From an uncultured Chloroflexia bacterium (GTDB lineage Bacteria > Chloroflexota > Limnocylindria > Limnocylindrales > CSP1-4): DNA of 64,000 bases. A program made the position numbers and the translations under genes. Positions 47,609-59,110 of the stretch are shown in pieces (position 1 is the stretch's first letter; the number at the start of each line of letters is the position of its first letter). The notes below the pieces were generated by a model. The model saw nothing but the letters and a program-made list of their open reading frames with translations. It searched no databases and was not told the origin of the DNA. The stretch is taken from positions 1,200,350 to 1,264,349 of the forward strand of contig CAVONW010000003.1 of the NCBI GenBank assembly GCA_963697415.1. The letters are read 5' to 3'.

Positions 47609-48603
47609 ATGGCGAAGATCGGCTACGCGGCGATGCTCGAGCAGTTCCACCCCACGGACCTGCTTGACTGGTGTTCCCAGGCCGAGTCGGCCGGCTTCTC
47701 GGCCGGCTTCATGGTCAGCGAGCACTTCCACCCGTGGACGCCCCAGCAGGGCCAGAGCGCGTTTGCCTGGAGCTTCATGGGCGCCCTCGGCACGCGGACG
47801 ACGCTGCCGTTCGGGTCGGCCGTCACGTGTCCCGGTTTCCGCTACCACCCGGCCGTCATCGCCCACGCCGCGGCGACCCTCGGGGCGATGTACCCGGGCC
47901 GGTTCTACCTCGGGTCTCGGTGCCGGCGAGGCCCTCAACGAGCACGTGGTCGGGTGGCGTCTGGCCGGAGATCGGTGTCCGCAGCGCGATGCTGTTCGAG
48001 AGCATCGAGATCATCAACAAGCTCTTCACCGGCAACGTCGTCAAGCACAAGGGCGAGTACTTCACCCTCGAGAGCGCCAAGCTCTACACCCGGCCCGAGC
48101 AGCCCGTCCCGATCTACGTCGCCACGGCCGGCCCGATCAACGCGAAGAAGACCGGCAAGTTCGCCGACGGGATCATCACGGTCGGCGCCGCCGACGAGAA
48201 GATCGGGATGCTGTGGGCCAAGTACGAGGAGGGCGCCCGTGAGGCCGGCAAGGATCCGTCGCGGCTCGCCGAAGCTCCTCCAGATCCACATCTCGTGGGC
48301 ACGGACCGATCAGGAGGCCGTCGACCAGGCCGTTCTCGAATGGCCGAACGGCGGGATGCCCTTCCCCAAGCAGGACATCAGGAACCCCGAGGACTTCGCC
48401 GCGATGGCCAGGCTCGTCGGCCCGGACGACTTCAAGAACCGCGTCCTCATGACAGTCCGATCTCGGCTGCCCATGCCGCCCACATCCAGCACTACCTGGA
48501 CATGGGCTTCGACGAGGTCCACCTCCACAACGTCGGTCGCAACCAGGCCGAGTTCATCGAGGTCTTCGGCAAGGACGTCCTGCCGCGGCTCAAGTTGGGC
48601 TGA
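47609..48603 (+). pseudogene. LLM-class (luciferase-like) F420-dependent oxidoreductase, reading frame broken by at least 4 indels
   Basis: Conserved segments read in alternating frames. MAKIGYAAMLEQFHPTDLL...GRFYLG (ORF 47609) then LGAGEALNEHVVG (ORF 47478 frame). Next WPEIGVRSAMLFESIEIINKLFTG...VATAGPINAKKTGKFADG (ORF 47671 frame) then PKLLQIHISWARTDQEAV...PDDFKNRVLMT (47609 frame). The C-terminus HIQHYLDMGFDEVHLHNVGRNQAEFIEVFG is in the 47671 frame. Confidence 0.6.
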
Positions 48604-48815
48604 CGGCCCAGAGTCGAGTCGGGTCGCGTTTTCCCACGGACGCCCTCCCATGTCGACGTCCCGTGGGCTGATCGCTCGCATTCATCAGACGGCGCCTGGC
48701 CGCGCTCGGCAGACCATCGGAAGCGACAGATTTCGTGCACGGCCACGCTCGTTTGCAGCCAATCCGATGAACCACATCGATCGCGATGTCCGCGCCGCCC
48801 AGCCCGCCAGTCGCG

Positions 48816-49496
48816 CTAGCCGCGGCCCCGCACGATGCGGCGCGCCCGCCACGCGACCGCCATGAACTCGCGCAGGTGGTGGATCGGCCGGATGTGGCTG
48901 CGTTCGTCGCCGTAGATCGTGGAGATCGGGACCCAGCGGATGGGCCAGCCCTCGCGCAGGCAGACCGCGATCATCTCGACCTCGAACGCGAAGCCGTCCT
49001 CGCGGCTGTCGAGCATCGCCGACATGAGCCGCCGCCCGACGAGCCGGTAGCCGGACTGGTTGTCCGGGATCCAGCGGCCCACCGCGGCCGACAGGAGCAG
49101 CGTTCCGAGGCCGTTGGCGAGTCGCCGCGACGAGCGGCATCCGGGCAAAGTCCCGCTTCCCGATGATCAGCTCAGCGCCGCCGCTCGCCGCTGCGTCGAC
49201 GAATCGCGGCAGCTCGGCCGGATCGTGCTGACCATCGCCGTCGAGGGTGACCACGGCGTCGAAGCCGTGCGAGAGCGCCCGCACGAAGCCGGCCCGCAGC
49301 GCCGCGCCCTTGCCCTGATTCGGGTGCTGCGAGATGACCGTCGCGCCGGCCGCTTCGGCGATCGACGCGGTGTCGTCCGTGGAGCCGTCGTCGACGACGA
49401 GCACCCGGAGATGCGCGACCGCAGCGGCTACGACGACCCGATGCGGGGCGCCTCGTCATGGGCGGGAATCAGGGCGACGATCTGACCGGGCGCGGG
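48816..49496 (-). pseudogene. GT2 family glycosyltransferase (DPM1/polyprenol-phosphate glycosyltransferase-like), at least 2 frameshifts
   Basis: MQPHPAPAPGQIVALIPAHDEAPRIG (ATG 49496), shift, VVVAAAVAHLRVLVVDDGSTDDT...AVVTLDGDGQHDP...LIIGKRDF (ORF 48685..49404), shift, NGLGTLLLSAAVGRWIPDNQSGYRL...C-terminus (ORF 48816..49148). Confidence 0.55.
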
Positions 49497-50972
49497 CGCA
49501 GGGTGCGGCTGCATCGGGGGAACCGGTGGGCGCAGGAAGCGCTACGGACGATCGGCGTCGAGGGCGGGCGCGGCGGTGGGCCGCCCCGGCCGCGCGACTG
49601 ATCCCGACGTTCGCCCGCGGCTCGGCGGGCTGCCGTGGCCTTCTTGTCGCCCGGCCCGCCGACGAGGAACCAGGTCGGCAGCGAACCCTTGCCCTTGACC
49701 TCGACCAACCCGCGCGCTTCGAGTGCGTACCGGCCACGGAGCCGCTCCTCCACCGCGCCGGAGACCTGGATCCGGCCGGGCATCCCGAGCGATTCCATTC
49801 GCGAGGCGAGGTTGACGGTGTCGCCCCACACGTCGTAGATGAACTTCTTCGTGCCGATGACGCCGGCGACGACTGGCCCGCAGTGGATCCCGATCCGGAA
49901 GTGCACTCCGAGGCGCGAGGCGGCCTCGATCGCCTCCATCGCGCCGCACAGGTCGAGCGCCAGGTCGGCGACCCGCTCGGTGTGGTCGTTCGGACTCGTC
50001 CAGCAGGCCGCCGATGACCATGTAGGCGTCGCCGATCGTCTTGACCTTCTCGAGTCGTGACGCTCGACCAGGTCGTCGAAGACGGTGAACACCTCGTTGA
50101 GGACGGTGACCAGCTCCTGCGGTGACATCGCGCTCGACATCGCGGTGAACCCGACGATGTCCGCGAAGAGGAGGGTCACGTCGTCGAACCGGTCGGCGAT
50201 GAGCTTCTCCCCGCCCCGGAGCCGGTCGGCGATCGCCTCGGGCAGGATGTTGAGCAGGAGGCGCTGGTTCTCGTGGTGCAGGCGCCGCATCTCGCGCTCG
50301 GCGGTGACGTCGGTCCCGTAGACGTTGATGAACCCGAACTCGGGCACATCCACGGGCAGCAGCTCGTATTCGCGGCCCCGGCTGCTGATCTCGACGCTCT
50401 CTCCGAGCGCCCGCTCGAACCACGGCGATCAGGCGGTCGAACAGCTCAGGATCGAGCGTTCGCCCGACGGCGCAGCCGAGCCCCTCGATCAGGTCCGTGC
50501 TGGCGATGTTGGCGTAGCACGAGCCGGCCGTCCCAGTCGATCCGGAACACCGGATGCGGGTTCTGGTCGGGGAACTTGACGATCGCCTTGCGCGCCGTGA
50601 TGTCCGTGCCGTAGATGTTCAGGAACCCGAGTTCCTCGACATTGACGGGCGGAAGCTCGAACGTCTGATGGCCGGAGGTAACTCGACGGTCGACCCGTCG
50701 GCGGCCGCGGCATGCACCGAGGCGAGCCAGTCCGGAGGCGCGGCCTTGCCGACGGCGGTGCCGAGCGCCTCGATGATCGGGACGCCGGCCGGGTTCGCAT
50801 ACAGGACGCGACCGTCCGCGGCGATTCGGAGAACCGGGTTGGGGTTCTCGTCCGGGAATCGATTGATCGCCTGGATCTGTTCGCCGGTCAGCGCGGGGAC
50901 CTCTCGCTCCGTGGCGCCGTCCGTCGCGACTGGCCCGGAATCGATACTGGGCCGGTTGGGACGCCGCTCCAT
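49497..50972 (-). pseudogene. PAS-PAS-adenylate/guanylate cyclase (class III), at least 6 frameshifts; 3' boundary uncertain
   Basis: Two PAS-like units (FPDENPNPVLRIAADGRVLYANPAG; FPDQNPHPVFRIDWDGRLV-YANIAST) each followed by ELPPxxVxExGFxNIYGTD linkers. The cyclase core DVTLLFADIVGFT...KVKTIGDAYMVIGG...HFRIGIHCGPVVAGVIGTKKFIYDVWGDTVNLASRMES...VEVKGKG is spread over ORFs 50619..50972, 50446..51081, 49469..50353 and 49542..50423. Confidence 0.55.
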
Positions 50973-51043
50973 CGACCCATGGTAGGCGAGGGGCGCAAGT
51001 CAGTCGCGCACACCAGCCTGCGAACCCCGCGACGTGACGACCC

Positions 51044-51650
51044 TCAACTCGCGGGAGGGGCCACCACTCCCGATCGAGCACCGAGGATGGCTCGCACCGC
51101 GAGCACTCCAGCCGCGAGCAGCGCGGCGGCCGCGAGGATCGTCAGGACCGCCGAGAAGCCCGCGGCGTCAACGAACTGGGTGTAGAGGAGCAGGACCCCG
51201 TAGGCCGTGACCACGGCGCTGACGATGGCCAGGCTCCATCGGATCCCCATCCCCATGCCCAGCACCACCATCCCCAGGCCGAGCAGGCCGAACGGAATGC
51301 CGCCGATCGCGAGGATGAGGCGAACGCCGCCGAGGGTGATTGCCTCCAGGAAGGACAGGCCGAACAGCAGGGCGGCCGTCAGCAGACCGACGCCGGCGCG
51401 GAGTGATCTCGATCTCGCCGATCCGACCGAACTGCCGGGCGCCGATCCGCGTGACCACGTAGCGGATGCCGTCAACGAGGAGGTAGCCACCGAACACGAG
51501 CCCGGCGAACAGCTCCGCGCGCCCGGGGTCCAGGAGCATGAACGCGCCGAGGGCCGCGAGAATCGCCGCTCCGATGCTCTGCACGGGCCAGCTCGCGTTC
51601 CAGATACCGACGCCTGGAAGACCCGATCCGCGGCCAGCCATGTGCACTCC
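51044..51650 (-). pseudogene. HdeD/DUF308-family membrane protein, frameshifted near 51400
   Basis: N-terminal half (WPVQSIGAAILAALGAFMLLDP...FGGYLLVDGIRYVV) in ORF 51168..51746 frame, C-terminal half (GLLTAALLFGLSFLEAITLGGVRLILAIGGIPFGLLGLGMVVLGMGMGIRWSLAIV...) in ORF 51044..51919 frame. Confidence 0.4.
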
Positions 51651-51739
51651 TCCTGCGACGCCGGAACGACGCACGCATCGTACGCTCGGCTGCCGGCGGA
51701 GCCGGCGCAACCGCGCAAGGCGCAAGAAGGACTTCGGTG

Positions 51740-51769
51740 TTGACACCTACTGCGACTCAGTCTCAGTAT
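51740..51769 (+). promoter_or_regulatory. Candidate sigma-70-like promoter TTGACA-18nt-CAGTAT upstream of the metal ABC transporter SBP gene
   Basis: Direct reading; ATG at 51780. Confidence 0.3.
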
Positions 51770-51779
51770 TCGGCGGACT

Positions 51780-52700
51780 ATGCGCCGCTCCCTCGTCACG
51801 CTCCTGGTGCTTGTCGTTGCCGCGTGCGGCGAGGGTTCGGTTCCGACCGGTTCAGTCGCCCCGGCCGGGCTGATCCAGGTCGTCACGACGTCGACCGTCT
51901 TCGCGGACTCATCTCGCAACGTCGGCGGCTGCGCGCGTCGCCGTGACGAGCCTCGTGCCGCAGGGGGTCGACGTCCACACGTATCAGGCTGACGCCCGCG
52001 GATCTGCGCGCGGTCTCATCGGCGGACCTGTTCGTGATGAACGGGCTGGGACTCGACGACTGGCTCGAGAAGACGATCCGTTCGGCGGTCCGCGACGCCC
52101 CGGTCATCAAGCTCGGGGTCGATCTGCCGGCGTCGACCTGCTCCCGGGCGATACGCCGGCCACGCAGAATCCGCACCTCTGGCTGGATGTCGCCAATGCG
52201 ATCGAGTACGCGACGCGGATCGCCGAAGCGCTTGCAGAGCGGACCCTGGACATCGCGAGGAGATCGAGGAAATCGGCCGCGGCCTACGTCGGGACGCTGA
52301 CCGAACTCGATGTCTGGGTCCGTGAGCAGATCGAGACGATCCCGGATGCCGATCGTCAGTTTGTGATGTTCCACGATGCGCTGCCGTATTTCGCCCGTGC
52401 CTACGGGCTCACGATCGTGGGCGTCGCCGTCGAGGCACCCGGTCAGGATCCGAGTGCCGGCGAGATCGCGGCGCTCATCGACCGGATCAAGGCTACCAAG
52501 GTGAAGGCAATCTTCGCGAGGCCCAATTCCCGACGGCGCTCATCGACCAGATCGCGCGCGAGACGGGCGCGCGCGTTGTCGCGACGCTCTACGCCGACAC
52601 GCTGGGCGACGACCCGGTCACTTCGTATCAGGCCCTGATCCGCTGGGACGTCGACCAACTCGTGGCGGCGTGCGATGACCACGAGCGGCCCCGCGGGCGC
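51780..52700 (+). pseudogene. Zn/Mn-type (ZnuA/TroA cluster A-I) ABC transporter substrate-binding lipoprotein, at least 3 frameshifts; stop not identifiable
   Basis: MRRSLVTLLVLVVAACG lipobox...IQVVTTSTVFADSSRNVGG (frame 0), VAVTSLVPQGVDVHTYQ (frame 1), DLFVMNGLGLDDWLEKTI (frame 2), VDLLPGDTPATQNPHLWLDVANAIEYA...FVMFHDALPYFARAYGLTIVGV...IKATKVKAIFA (frame 1), AQFPTALIDQIARETGARVVATLYADTLG (frame 0). Confidence 0.55.
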
Positions 52701-52749
52701 GCACGGTCCGGACGCCGACTCCCCCCCACAGCCGAGCGTCGCGGCACCG

Positions 52750-53590
52750 CGCGCGGCGTCGCCAAGCGCGACCCGGGCGTCAGCGTCCGCCTGACGGACG
52801 TGTCGGTCGGGTACGACGATCGGCCGGTGCTGGATCACGTCGATCTCACGCTCGAGACCGGTGCCCTGACCGCTGTCGTGGGGCCGAACGGCGGCGGCAA
52901 GAGCACGCTCCTGAAACTCATCGCGGGACTGCTCAAGCCGTGGTCGGGATCGCTGAGCGTGCTCGGTGCGGCGCCCGGGTTCCACGCGCCCGCGGTCGCC
53001 TACGTCCCGCAGGCCGAGTCCGTGGATTGGAGCTTCCCGGTCTGTGCCGCCGATGTCGTGATGATGGGCCGCTATCCACGTCTGGGGCCCCTGAGGCGAC
53101 CGGGCGTCGCGGATCAGGCGGCCGTCATGGCCGCCCTCGATCAGGTCGGGATGAGCCCGTTCGCGCGACGCCAGATCGAGCCCTGTCCGGCGGCCAGCGG
53201 CGCCGGGTGTTCCTCGCCCGCGCGCTCGCGAGCGAGCCGGAGTTGTACCTGCTCGACGAGCCGGTCACCGGGGTCGATGCCGCCACCCAGGAAGACCTGA
53301 TGCGCATCCTCGATTCGGAGGCGCGGCCGGCAAGACGGTCATCGCCAGTACCCACGACCTGGCGTCGGCCGCCCAGCACTTCCGGTCGATCGTCGCCGTC
53401 AATCGGACGATCGTTGCCCAGGGAGACGCGAGCCTCGTCCTCGATACCGACGTCCTGCTCCGAACCTACGGGGGCCATCTCCTGTTCGTCGGCGACAGGG
53501 CCGTGGTCATCGATGACGCCCACCACCACGATCAGGCCGCGGGCGGCGAGATCCATCACCACGATGACGACGACCGGTCGCCGGGACGTC
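52750..53590 (+). pseudogene. metal ABC transporter ATP-binding protein (ZnuC-like), at least 2 frameshifts; start uncertain
   Basis: [45 protein letters not shown] (Walker A)...then [32 protein letters not shown] (signature/Walker B) in ORF 52940 frame, then [26 protein letters not shown]...HHHDDDD (His-rich tail) in a third frame. Confidence 0.5.
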
Positions 53591-53594
53591 GGGC

Positions 53595-54480
53595 ATGACC
53601 ATCTTCACGGAGCCGCTCGGCTATGAGTTCTTCGTGCGAGCGCTCGCGGCGTCGGCCATCGTGGGACTCGTGTGCGCGGTCGTTGGCACGTACATGGTCC
53701 TGCGCGGCCTGGCGTTCATGGGCGATGCCCTCAGCCACGCCGCGTTTCCCGGCGTCGTGGCCGCATACCTGATCGGCGCACCGTTCTATATCGGGGCCAC
53801 GATTGCGGCGGTGGGGACGTCGCTGGCGATCGGCTGGATCACGCGGCGCGGTCGCCTCAGGGGCGACACGACGATCGGGGTGCTGTTCGCGGGGATGTTC
53901 GCGTTCGGCGTGTTCCTGTTCAGTACGATTCCGAACTACGTCGGCGACCTGTTCGGTTTCCTGTTCGGCGAGGTCCTCGGCATCAGCGCGACGGATCTCG
54001 CCGCGCTCGCAGTCCTCGCGCTGGTGGTGCTCGCCGTGGTCGCGGTGCTCTGGAAGGAGCTCCTGTATTCGACGTTCGATCCGCTCGGCGCAGGAGCCTC
54101 CGGGCTTGCCGGTCGCCGCACTCGAATACCTCTTCCTCGGTCTCATCGCGATGACGATCGTGATCAGCCTTCAGTCGGTCGGGATCATCCTCGTCGTGGC
54201 GATGCTCGTCACGCCGGCGGCGACCGCGCAACTGCTGACCAACCGGTTCTCGCGGCTCTCTGGTCGCGGCCGGCATCGTGTCGTGGCCCCGCTGGTCGGG
54301 CTCTACGTCAGCTACTGGACGAACACCGCGAGCGCGGCACTGATCGTGCTCGTCGAGACGGCCATGTTCTCCTGGTCCTGCTGGTGGCCGGCCCCAGACC
54401 GGGCTGCTTCGCCGCCGCCGGATCGCCGCTTGATCGGACGCGCCCCTGGGCCACGCCCTGCTCGCGGCTGACAGCGCTCG
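53595..54480 (+). pseudogene. metal ABC transporter permease (ZnuB-like), frameshifted near 54100 and 54250
   Basis: [55 protein letters not shown]... (ORF 53595) then LEYLFLGLIAMTIVISLQSVGIILVVAMLVTPAATAQLLTNRFSRL (ORF 53803 frame). Confidence 0.5.
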
Positions 54481-54507
54481 CGCGTCCTCGCGCTCGCCTG
54501 GCCGATC

Positions 54508-55735
54508 GTGCTGGCGCAGGCGACGACGGCCACGACCGGCGTGGTGGACACCGTCGTCATGGGCCGCTTCGGCTCGGCGGTCGATCTCGCGGCCGTCAGC
54601 ATCGCCGCCGTCTCGATCAGCTTCATCTACTGGAGCTTCGGCTTCCTGCGCATGTCCACGACCGGGCTGACCGCGCAGGCGGAGGGTGCCGGCGATCACT
54701 CGAGAGCCGCGCCGTCCTGCTGCGCGCGGCGGTGATCGGGCTCGCGCTGGGCATCGGGCTGATCGTCCTGTTCCCGCTCATCCGGGCGTCGCCCTCGGCG
54801 CGTTCCAGGCGGAGGCGATCGTCGAGTTGCACGCGGCCGGCTACCTCGATGCCAGGATCTGGGGAGCGCCCGCCGCGCTCATCGGCTTCGCGATCAACGG
54901 CTGGCTGATCGGGACGGGCCGGACCCGGGCGCTCCTCGTGCTCCAGATCGTGCTCAACGGCGTCAACGCCGCGCTCGATACGTGGTTCGTCGCCGGGCTC
55001 GACCTTGGACCCGCCGGCATCGGCGCCGGAACGGCGATCGCGGAGTGGATGGCACTCGGCCTCGGTCTGTGGATGGTCCGAGGCCAGCTCAAGCCGGTCG
55101 CCCACCTGTTCGAGCGGACGCGGATCGTCGCGCTCCTCGCGGCGAATCGGGACCTCATGATCCGGACCCTGGCGCTCCTGTTCTCGTTCGCCTGGTTCAT
55201 CAACTCCGGAGCGCGCGCCGGCACCGCCGAGCTGGCCGGCAACGAGGTGCTGCTCCAGTTCATCACCGTCGCGGCGTTCGTCCTGGATGCCTTCGCGTTC
55301 GTGGCCGAGAAGGAAGTCGGGGAGGCGTACGGCGCCCGTGATCCGGCGCGGCTCAGGAGGGCCGTCCGGCTGACCACGGAATTCGCCTTCGCATTCGGCG
55401 CTGGCCTTCTCCGCCCTGTATCTCGTCGGTGGGAGGGTGATCATCGAAGTCGTGGTCGCCGATCCCGCCGCTCGCGCCGCAGCGCTGGCCTTCCTCCCGT
55501 TCTGCGCGGTCGTCCCGCTGATCGGCATGCCCGCCTGGCAGCTCGACGGCATCTTCATCGGCACCACGCGCGGCCGAGCGCTCAGAACGGCCGGATTCGT
55601 CGCGGCCGTGCTCTACGTGGCCGCCGACCTCATCCTGGCGCCGCGCTTCGGCAACACCGGCGTCTGGGTCGCGTTCCTCCTGATGTACGTGTTCCGGGCC
55701 GCTCTGCCTGGGTGCGTTCTGGCCGGGCCTGATCC
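54508..55735 (+). pseudogene. MATE family efflux transporter (DinF-like), at least 3 frameshifts
   Basis: WPIVLAQATTATTGVVDTVVMGRFGS...then AVLLRAAVIGLALGIGLIVLFPLI, then EAIVELHAAGYLDARIWGAPAALIGFAINGWLIGTGRTRALLVLQIVLNGVNAALD...WFINSGARAGTAELAGNEVLLQFITV... read in different frames (ORFs 54508, 54686, 55437). Confidence 0.5.
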
Positions 55736-55785
55736 GGGACACGGGCACGCCGTCCGCGATCCCACCGCCGCGGCGTGGCTGGGAC

Positions 55786-56500
55786 ATGGACCCCGTGGCA
55801 GACTTCGGAACCATGGATCGACCGCCGTTCGGCCCGTCCCTGTCGCATGTCCGGGCGCTCATGGATGCGACTGCCGGCGACGAGAAGCACGACCCGAGCG
55901 CCCTGTCCGTGCTGGACGTGACCTGGCTGCTCTACGACCGCGTCCTCCGGCACGATCCGGGCAACCCGCGCAACGAGAGGCGGGATCGGTTTCTCGTCAG
56001 CAAGGGCCATGGGCCGCTCGCGCTCTACTCGGTCCTCGCGGCCTGGGGCTACTTCCCGGAAGCGGAACTGACGACGTTCCTGGCCGGGGGAGTCGCCTGG
56101 GTGGTCACCCGGATCGGAATCTCGTCCGCGGAGTGGAGATCTGGACGGGTTCGCTCGGTCACGGCGTGCCGATGGCCGTGGGCGTCGCCCTCGCCCTCAG
56201 GGCCAAGGGCAGCGATCACCACGTGTTCGTGCTGCTGGGTGACGGCGAGGCCAACGAGGGGAGCGTCTGGGAGAGCCTCCTGGCCGCCGGCTCGCTGGGC
56301 CTCGGCAACCTGACCGCGATCCTGATCGACAACCACACCAGCACGCCGGAACTGGGCGACCTCGTGGGCGAAGTTCGAGGCATTCGGATGGGCGGCGCGG
56401 AACGGGCGCAGCAACGATCACGCGGCCCTCGCCTGCCGCGCTCGTGCTCGCGAGCCGGGTCGACCCGTCGGCGTGATCGTCGATTGGCGGCCGGAATGGT
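55786..56500 (+). pseudogene. transketolase N-terminal (TPP-binding) subunit, frameshifted
   Basis: RFLVSKGHGPLALYSVLAAWGYF (ORF 55786) then GHPDRNLVRGVEIWTGSLGHGVPMAVGVALALRAKGSDHHVFVLLGDGEANEGSVWESLLAAGSLGLGNLTAILIDNH (ORF 55437 frame), then KFEAFGWAA...NDHAAL in a third frame ending TGA about 56500. Confidence 0.5.
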
Positions 56501-56547
56501 CGTGAAGAACGGCACGCCCCGCCCATCGACGGCCGGCGAGACGATGC

Positions 56548-57425
56548 GCCAGCGCTTCGGCGCCGTCGTGGACGAACTGACGGATGCCGACGAGCGACTC
56601 TTCGTCCTGCTCGCCGACATCAGCTCCGACTACTTCCGCGGCGCAGCCAGCGGCACCCCGAGCGGGTTGTCGGCTTCGGAATCATGGAGCAGACCATCAT
56701 GAGTGCGGCCGCCGGCGTCGCGCTCGAGGAATTCATCCCCGTCGTCCACTCGATCGCGCCGTTCATCGTCCATCGGCCCTTCGAGCAGCTCCGGGTCGAC
56801 TTCGTCTACCAGCGCCTGGGCGTGAACGTCGTCAGCATCGGGGCGTCCTACGACTACGCCGAGGATGGCTACACACAGGCAACGACCCGATGACGTTGCC
56901 GGTTCTCCGGGCGCTGACCGGCGTCGAGATCGTGGTCCCCGGGACGCCCGCGGAATTCGAGGCCCTGTTCCGCGCCGCCTACGCTGACGGCGCCCCCACC
57001 TACTTCCGGCTGAGCCAGCAGCAGAACACCGACGACCGCCCCGTTCGGTTCGGGCAGCTCGAGGTCGTGCGGCACTCGACGGGTGCACCGATCGTGATCG
57101 CGATGGGGCCCATGCTGGACCGTGCGCTGGCCGCGGCGGCTGATCTTGACGTGTCCGTGGCCTACTGCACGACGGCCGCCCCGTTCGATGCTGCCACGCT
57201 GCGCGACCTGCGGCCCTAGCCGGCGGTGCTCCTCATCGAGCCGTGGCACGCTGGGGCACTGATCCCCAACGTCGTCGCCGCCCTGGCGCCGGGCCCACTC
57301 CGGGTCGATGCCGTGGGAGTGCCGCGCGGAGTCACGGTCGGCTACGGGAGCGCCGACCACGATCGAGCGTACGGCCTGACAACGGAAGGCATCGCCGAGC
57401 GGCTGCGCGCGTCCTCCGGATATCG
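56548..57425 (+). pseudogene. transketolase C-terminal (pyrimidine-binding/C-terminal) subunit, frameshifted and containing an in-frame TAG at 57217-57219
   Basis: MRQRFGAVVDELTDADERLFVLLADIS, GIMEQTIMSAAAGVALEEFIPVVHSIAPFIVHRPFEQLRVDF..., LPVLRALTGVEIVVPGTPAEFEALF...APIVIAMGPML...LRDLRP-TAG-AVLLIEPWHAGALIPNVVAAL...PLRVDAVGVPRG...YGLTTEGIAERLRA. Confidence 0.5.
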
Positions 57426-57496
57426 TGACGGAGGATCGGGCAGCGTCGTCGGCCCGCGAGCCGAAGGGCGAGGAACAAATCCCGAGGAGGACAGCC

Positions 57497-57700
57497 ATGC
57501 GGCCGCTCGAAATCGGACTCGTGCTCCCGATGGGAGAGTCCTTCGTGGACGGGTCGACCGCTCGATGGACGGACATCCGCGAGTTGGCGGTCCGGGCCGA
57601 GGAGATCGGCTTCGACGTCGTCTGGATCGCGGACGAGTTGCTCTGGCGCTCGCCTGACGGCCCGACCCACGGCTGGTGGGAGCTCCTCGACGCGGGCTGA
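57497..57700 (+). pseudogene. N-terminal fragment (67 aa) of an LLM-class flavin/F420 oxidoreductase (MRPLEIGLVLPMGESFVDGSTARWTDIRELAVRAEEIGFDVVWIADELLW), truncated by stop
   Basis: Sequence matches LLM N-terminal beta1-alpha1 region; GAGGAGGA RBS; stop at 57701. Confidence 0.35.
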
Positions 57701-57888
57701 CCGCCCGGCCGCGCCTGCCGGCGCCCGTGGTCGTGGCGGTCGGGTCGCCCGTCGTCGGGCTCGCGCAGCCAGCAGATGGTCATGGGGAAACCTTCTCCCT
57801 GTTCCCGGCCTCAGGTGTGTGCGACCGTCAGGTCACGCCGATCATGACGGGACCGTCGGTCCGATCGTGAACCTCCACCGGAGCACCG

Positions 57889-59110
57889 TTGCACACGCCC
57901 GACCCTGCTCAGCGCCTTCTCGCCGGCCCTCCACTGGATGGCAATCCCGAGCGCCTCGACGCCCATCTCGCGAGGCTCGGCGCACTTCCGAGCGCTGACA
58001 ACCACCTCGATCTCATCTCGAGCCTCGAGGCAAGCGGGTTGCTCGGCCGCGGCGGCGCCGGCTTCCCGGTCGGTCGCAAGTGGCGTGCCCTGGCCGAACG
58101 GAAGAGCGGCACGGCCGTCGTCCTGGTGAACGGTGCCGAGGGCGAGCCGGCCAGCGCCAAGGACCGGATCCTGATGACGCATCGGCCGCATCTCGTGGTT
58201 GACGGGACCAACCTGGCGGCGGAGGCCGTCGGCGCCGACGAGGTCATCTTCTACGTCGGCCGGGAGCACGAGGCGGCCGTGGCTGCCATGAGCCGGGCCA
58301 TCGACGAGCGCAGGGCCGAGGTCCGTCACGCAATGCGCCTCGGTCACGGCCCCTGTCGGCTACGTCGCCGGCGAGGCGTCGGCCGCGGTCCACTACCTCA
58401 ACAGCGGAGACGCCCGACCCACCACTACGCCCCCCGCGTCTCGAGCAGCGGGGTGCACGGCCGCCCGACGCTCGTCCAGAACGTCGAGAGCCTGGCCTAT
58501 GCGGCGCTCATCGCCCGGTTCGGTGATCGCTGGTACAGATCGGCCGGCCGGCTCGAGTTCGCGAGGGACGGCGCTCATCACGGTCTCCGGCGTCACCCGC
58601 CGGCCGTGGGTCATGGAGATCGAGCTCGGAACGACGATCGGCGAGATCGCCGCCGCCGCCGGCACGACGGCCCCCAGGTCCAGGCCGTGGTGCTGGGTGG
58701 CTACTTCGGGACCTGGGCCAGGGTCGGCCACGCCTGGCGTCTGCCGCTTGATCCCGATGTCATGGAGGTCCAACGGACTGACCTTCGGCTGCGGGATCGT
58801 CGGGCTGCTACCCACGGAACTGTGTGGCGTGTCCGCGACCGCGGAGATCATGGCCTTCATGGCGACGGAGAGCGCCGGCCAGTGCGGCCCATGTGTGTTC
58901 GGTCTCCGGGCCATCGGCGACGCCACGCACAGGGTCGCGAACGGCGGCGCGGGTCGGGGCGAGCTCGGCGACATCGAGCGATGGGTCTCGCAGATCCCGG
59001 GGCGCGGCGCGTGCCGGCATCCGGACGGCGCGATGCAGCTGATGGCCAGCGCGCTGGAGGTCTTCGGCGACGAGTTCATCCACCATGCCCGGACGGGCCG
59101 CTGTCCGTCA
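57889..59110 (+). pseudogene. NuoF-like (NADH-binding 51-kDa subunit family) FMN/Fe-S oxidoreductase, at least 3 frameshifts
   Basis: LLGRGGAGFPVGRKWRALA...AVVLVNGAEGEPASAKDRILM (RGGAGFPTGxKW motif) in ORF 57889; later segments LVQNVESLAYAALIARFGDRWYRSAG and LITVSGVTRRPWVMEIELGTTIGEIAAAAG...ESAGQCGPCVFG (Fe-S Cys cluster) fall in ORF 58499 and a third frame. Confidence 0.45.

Noticed and set aside
52662-52760. Possibility that the metal-transporter SBP and ATPase are a genuine fusion
   Set aside because: Region is full of indels, so the lost stop and start are more parsimoniously artefacts of the same frameshifting
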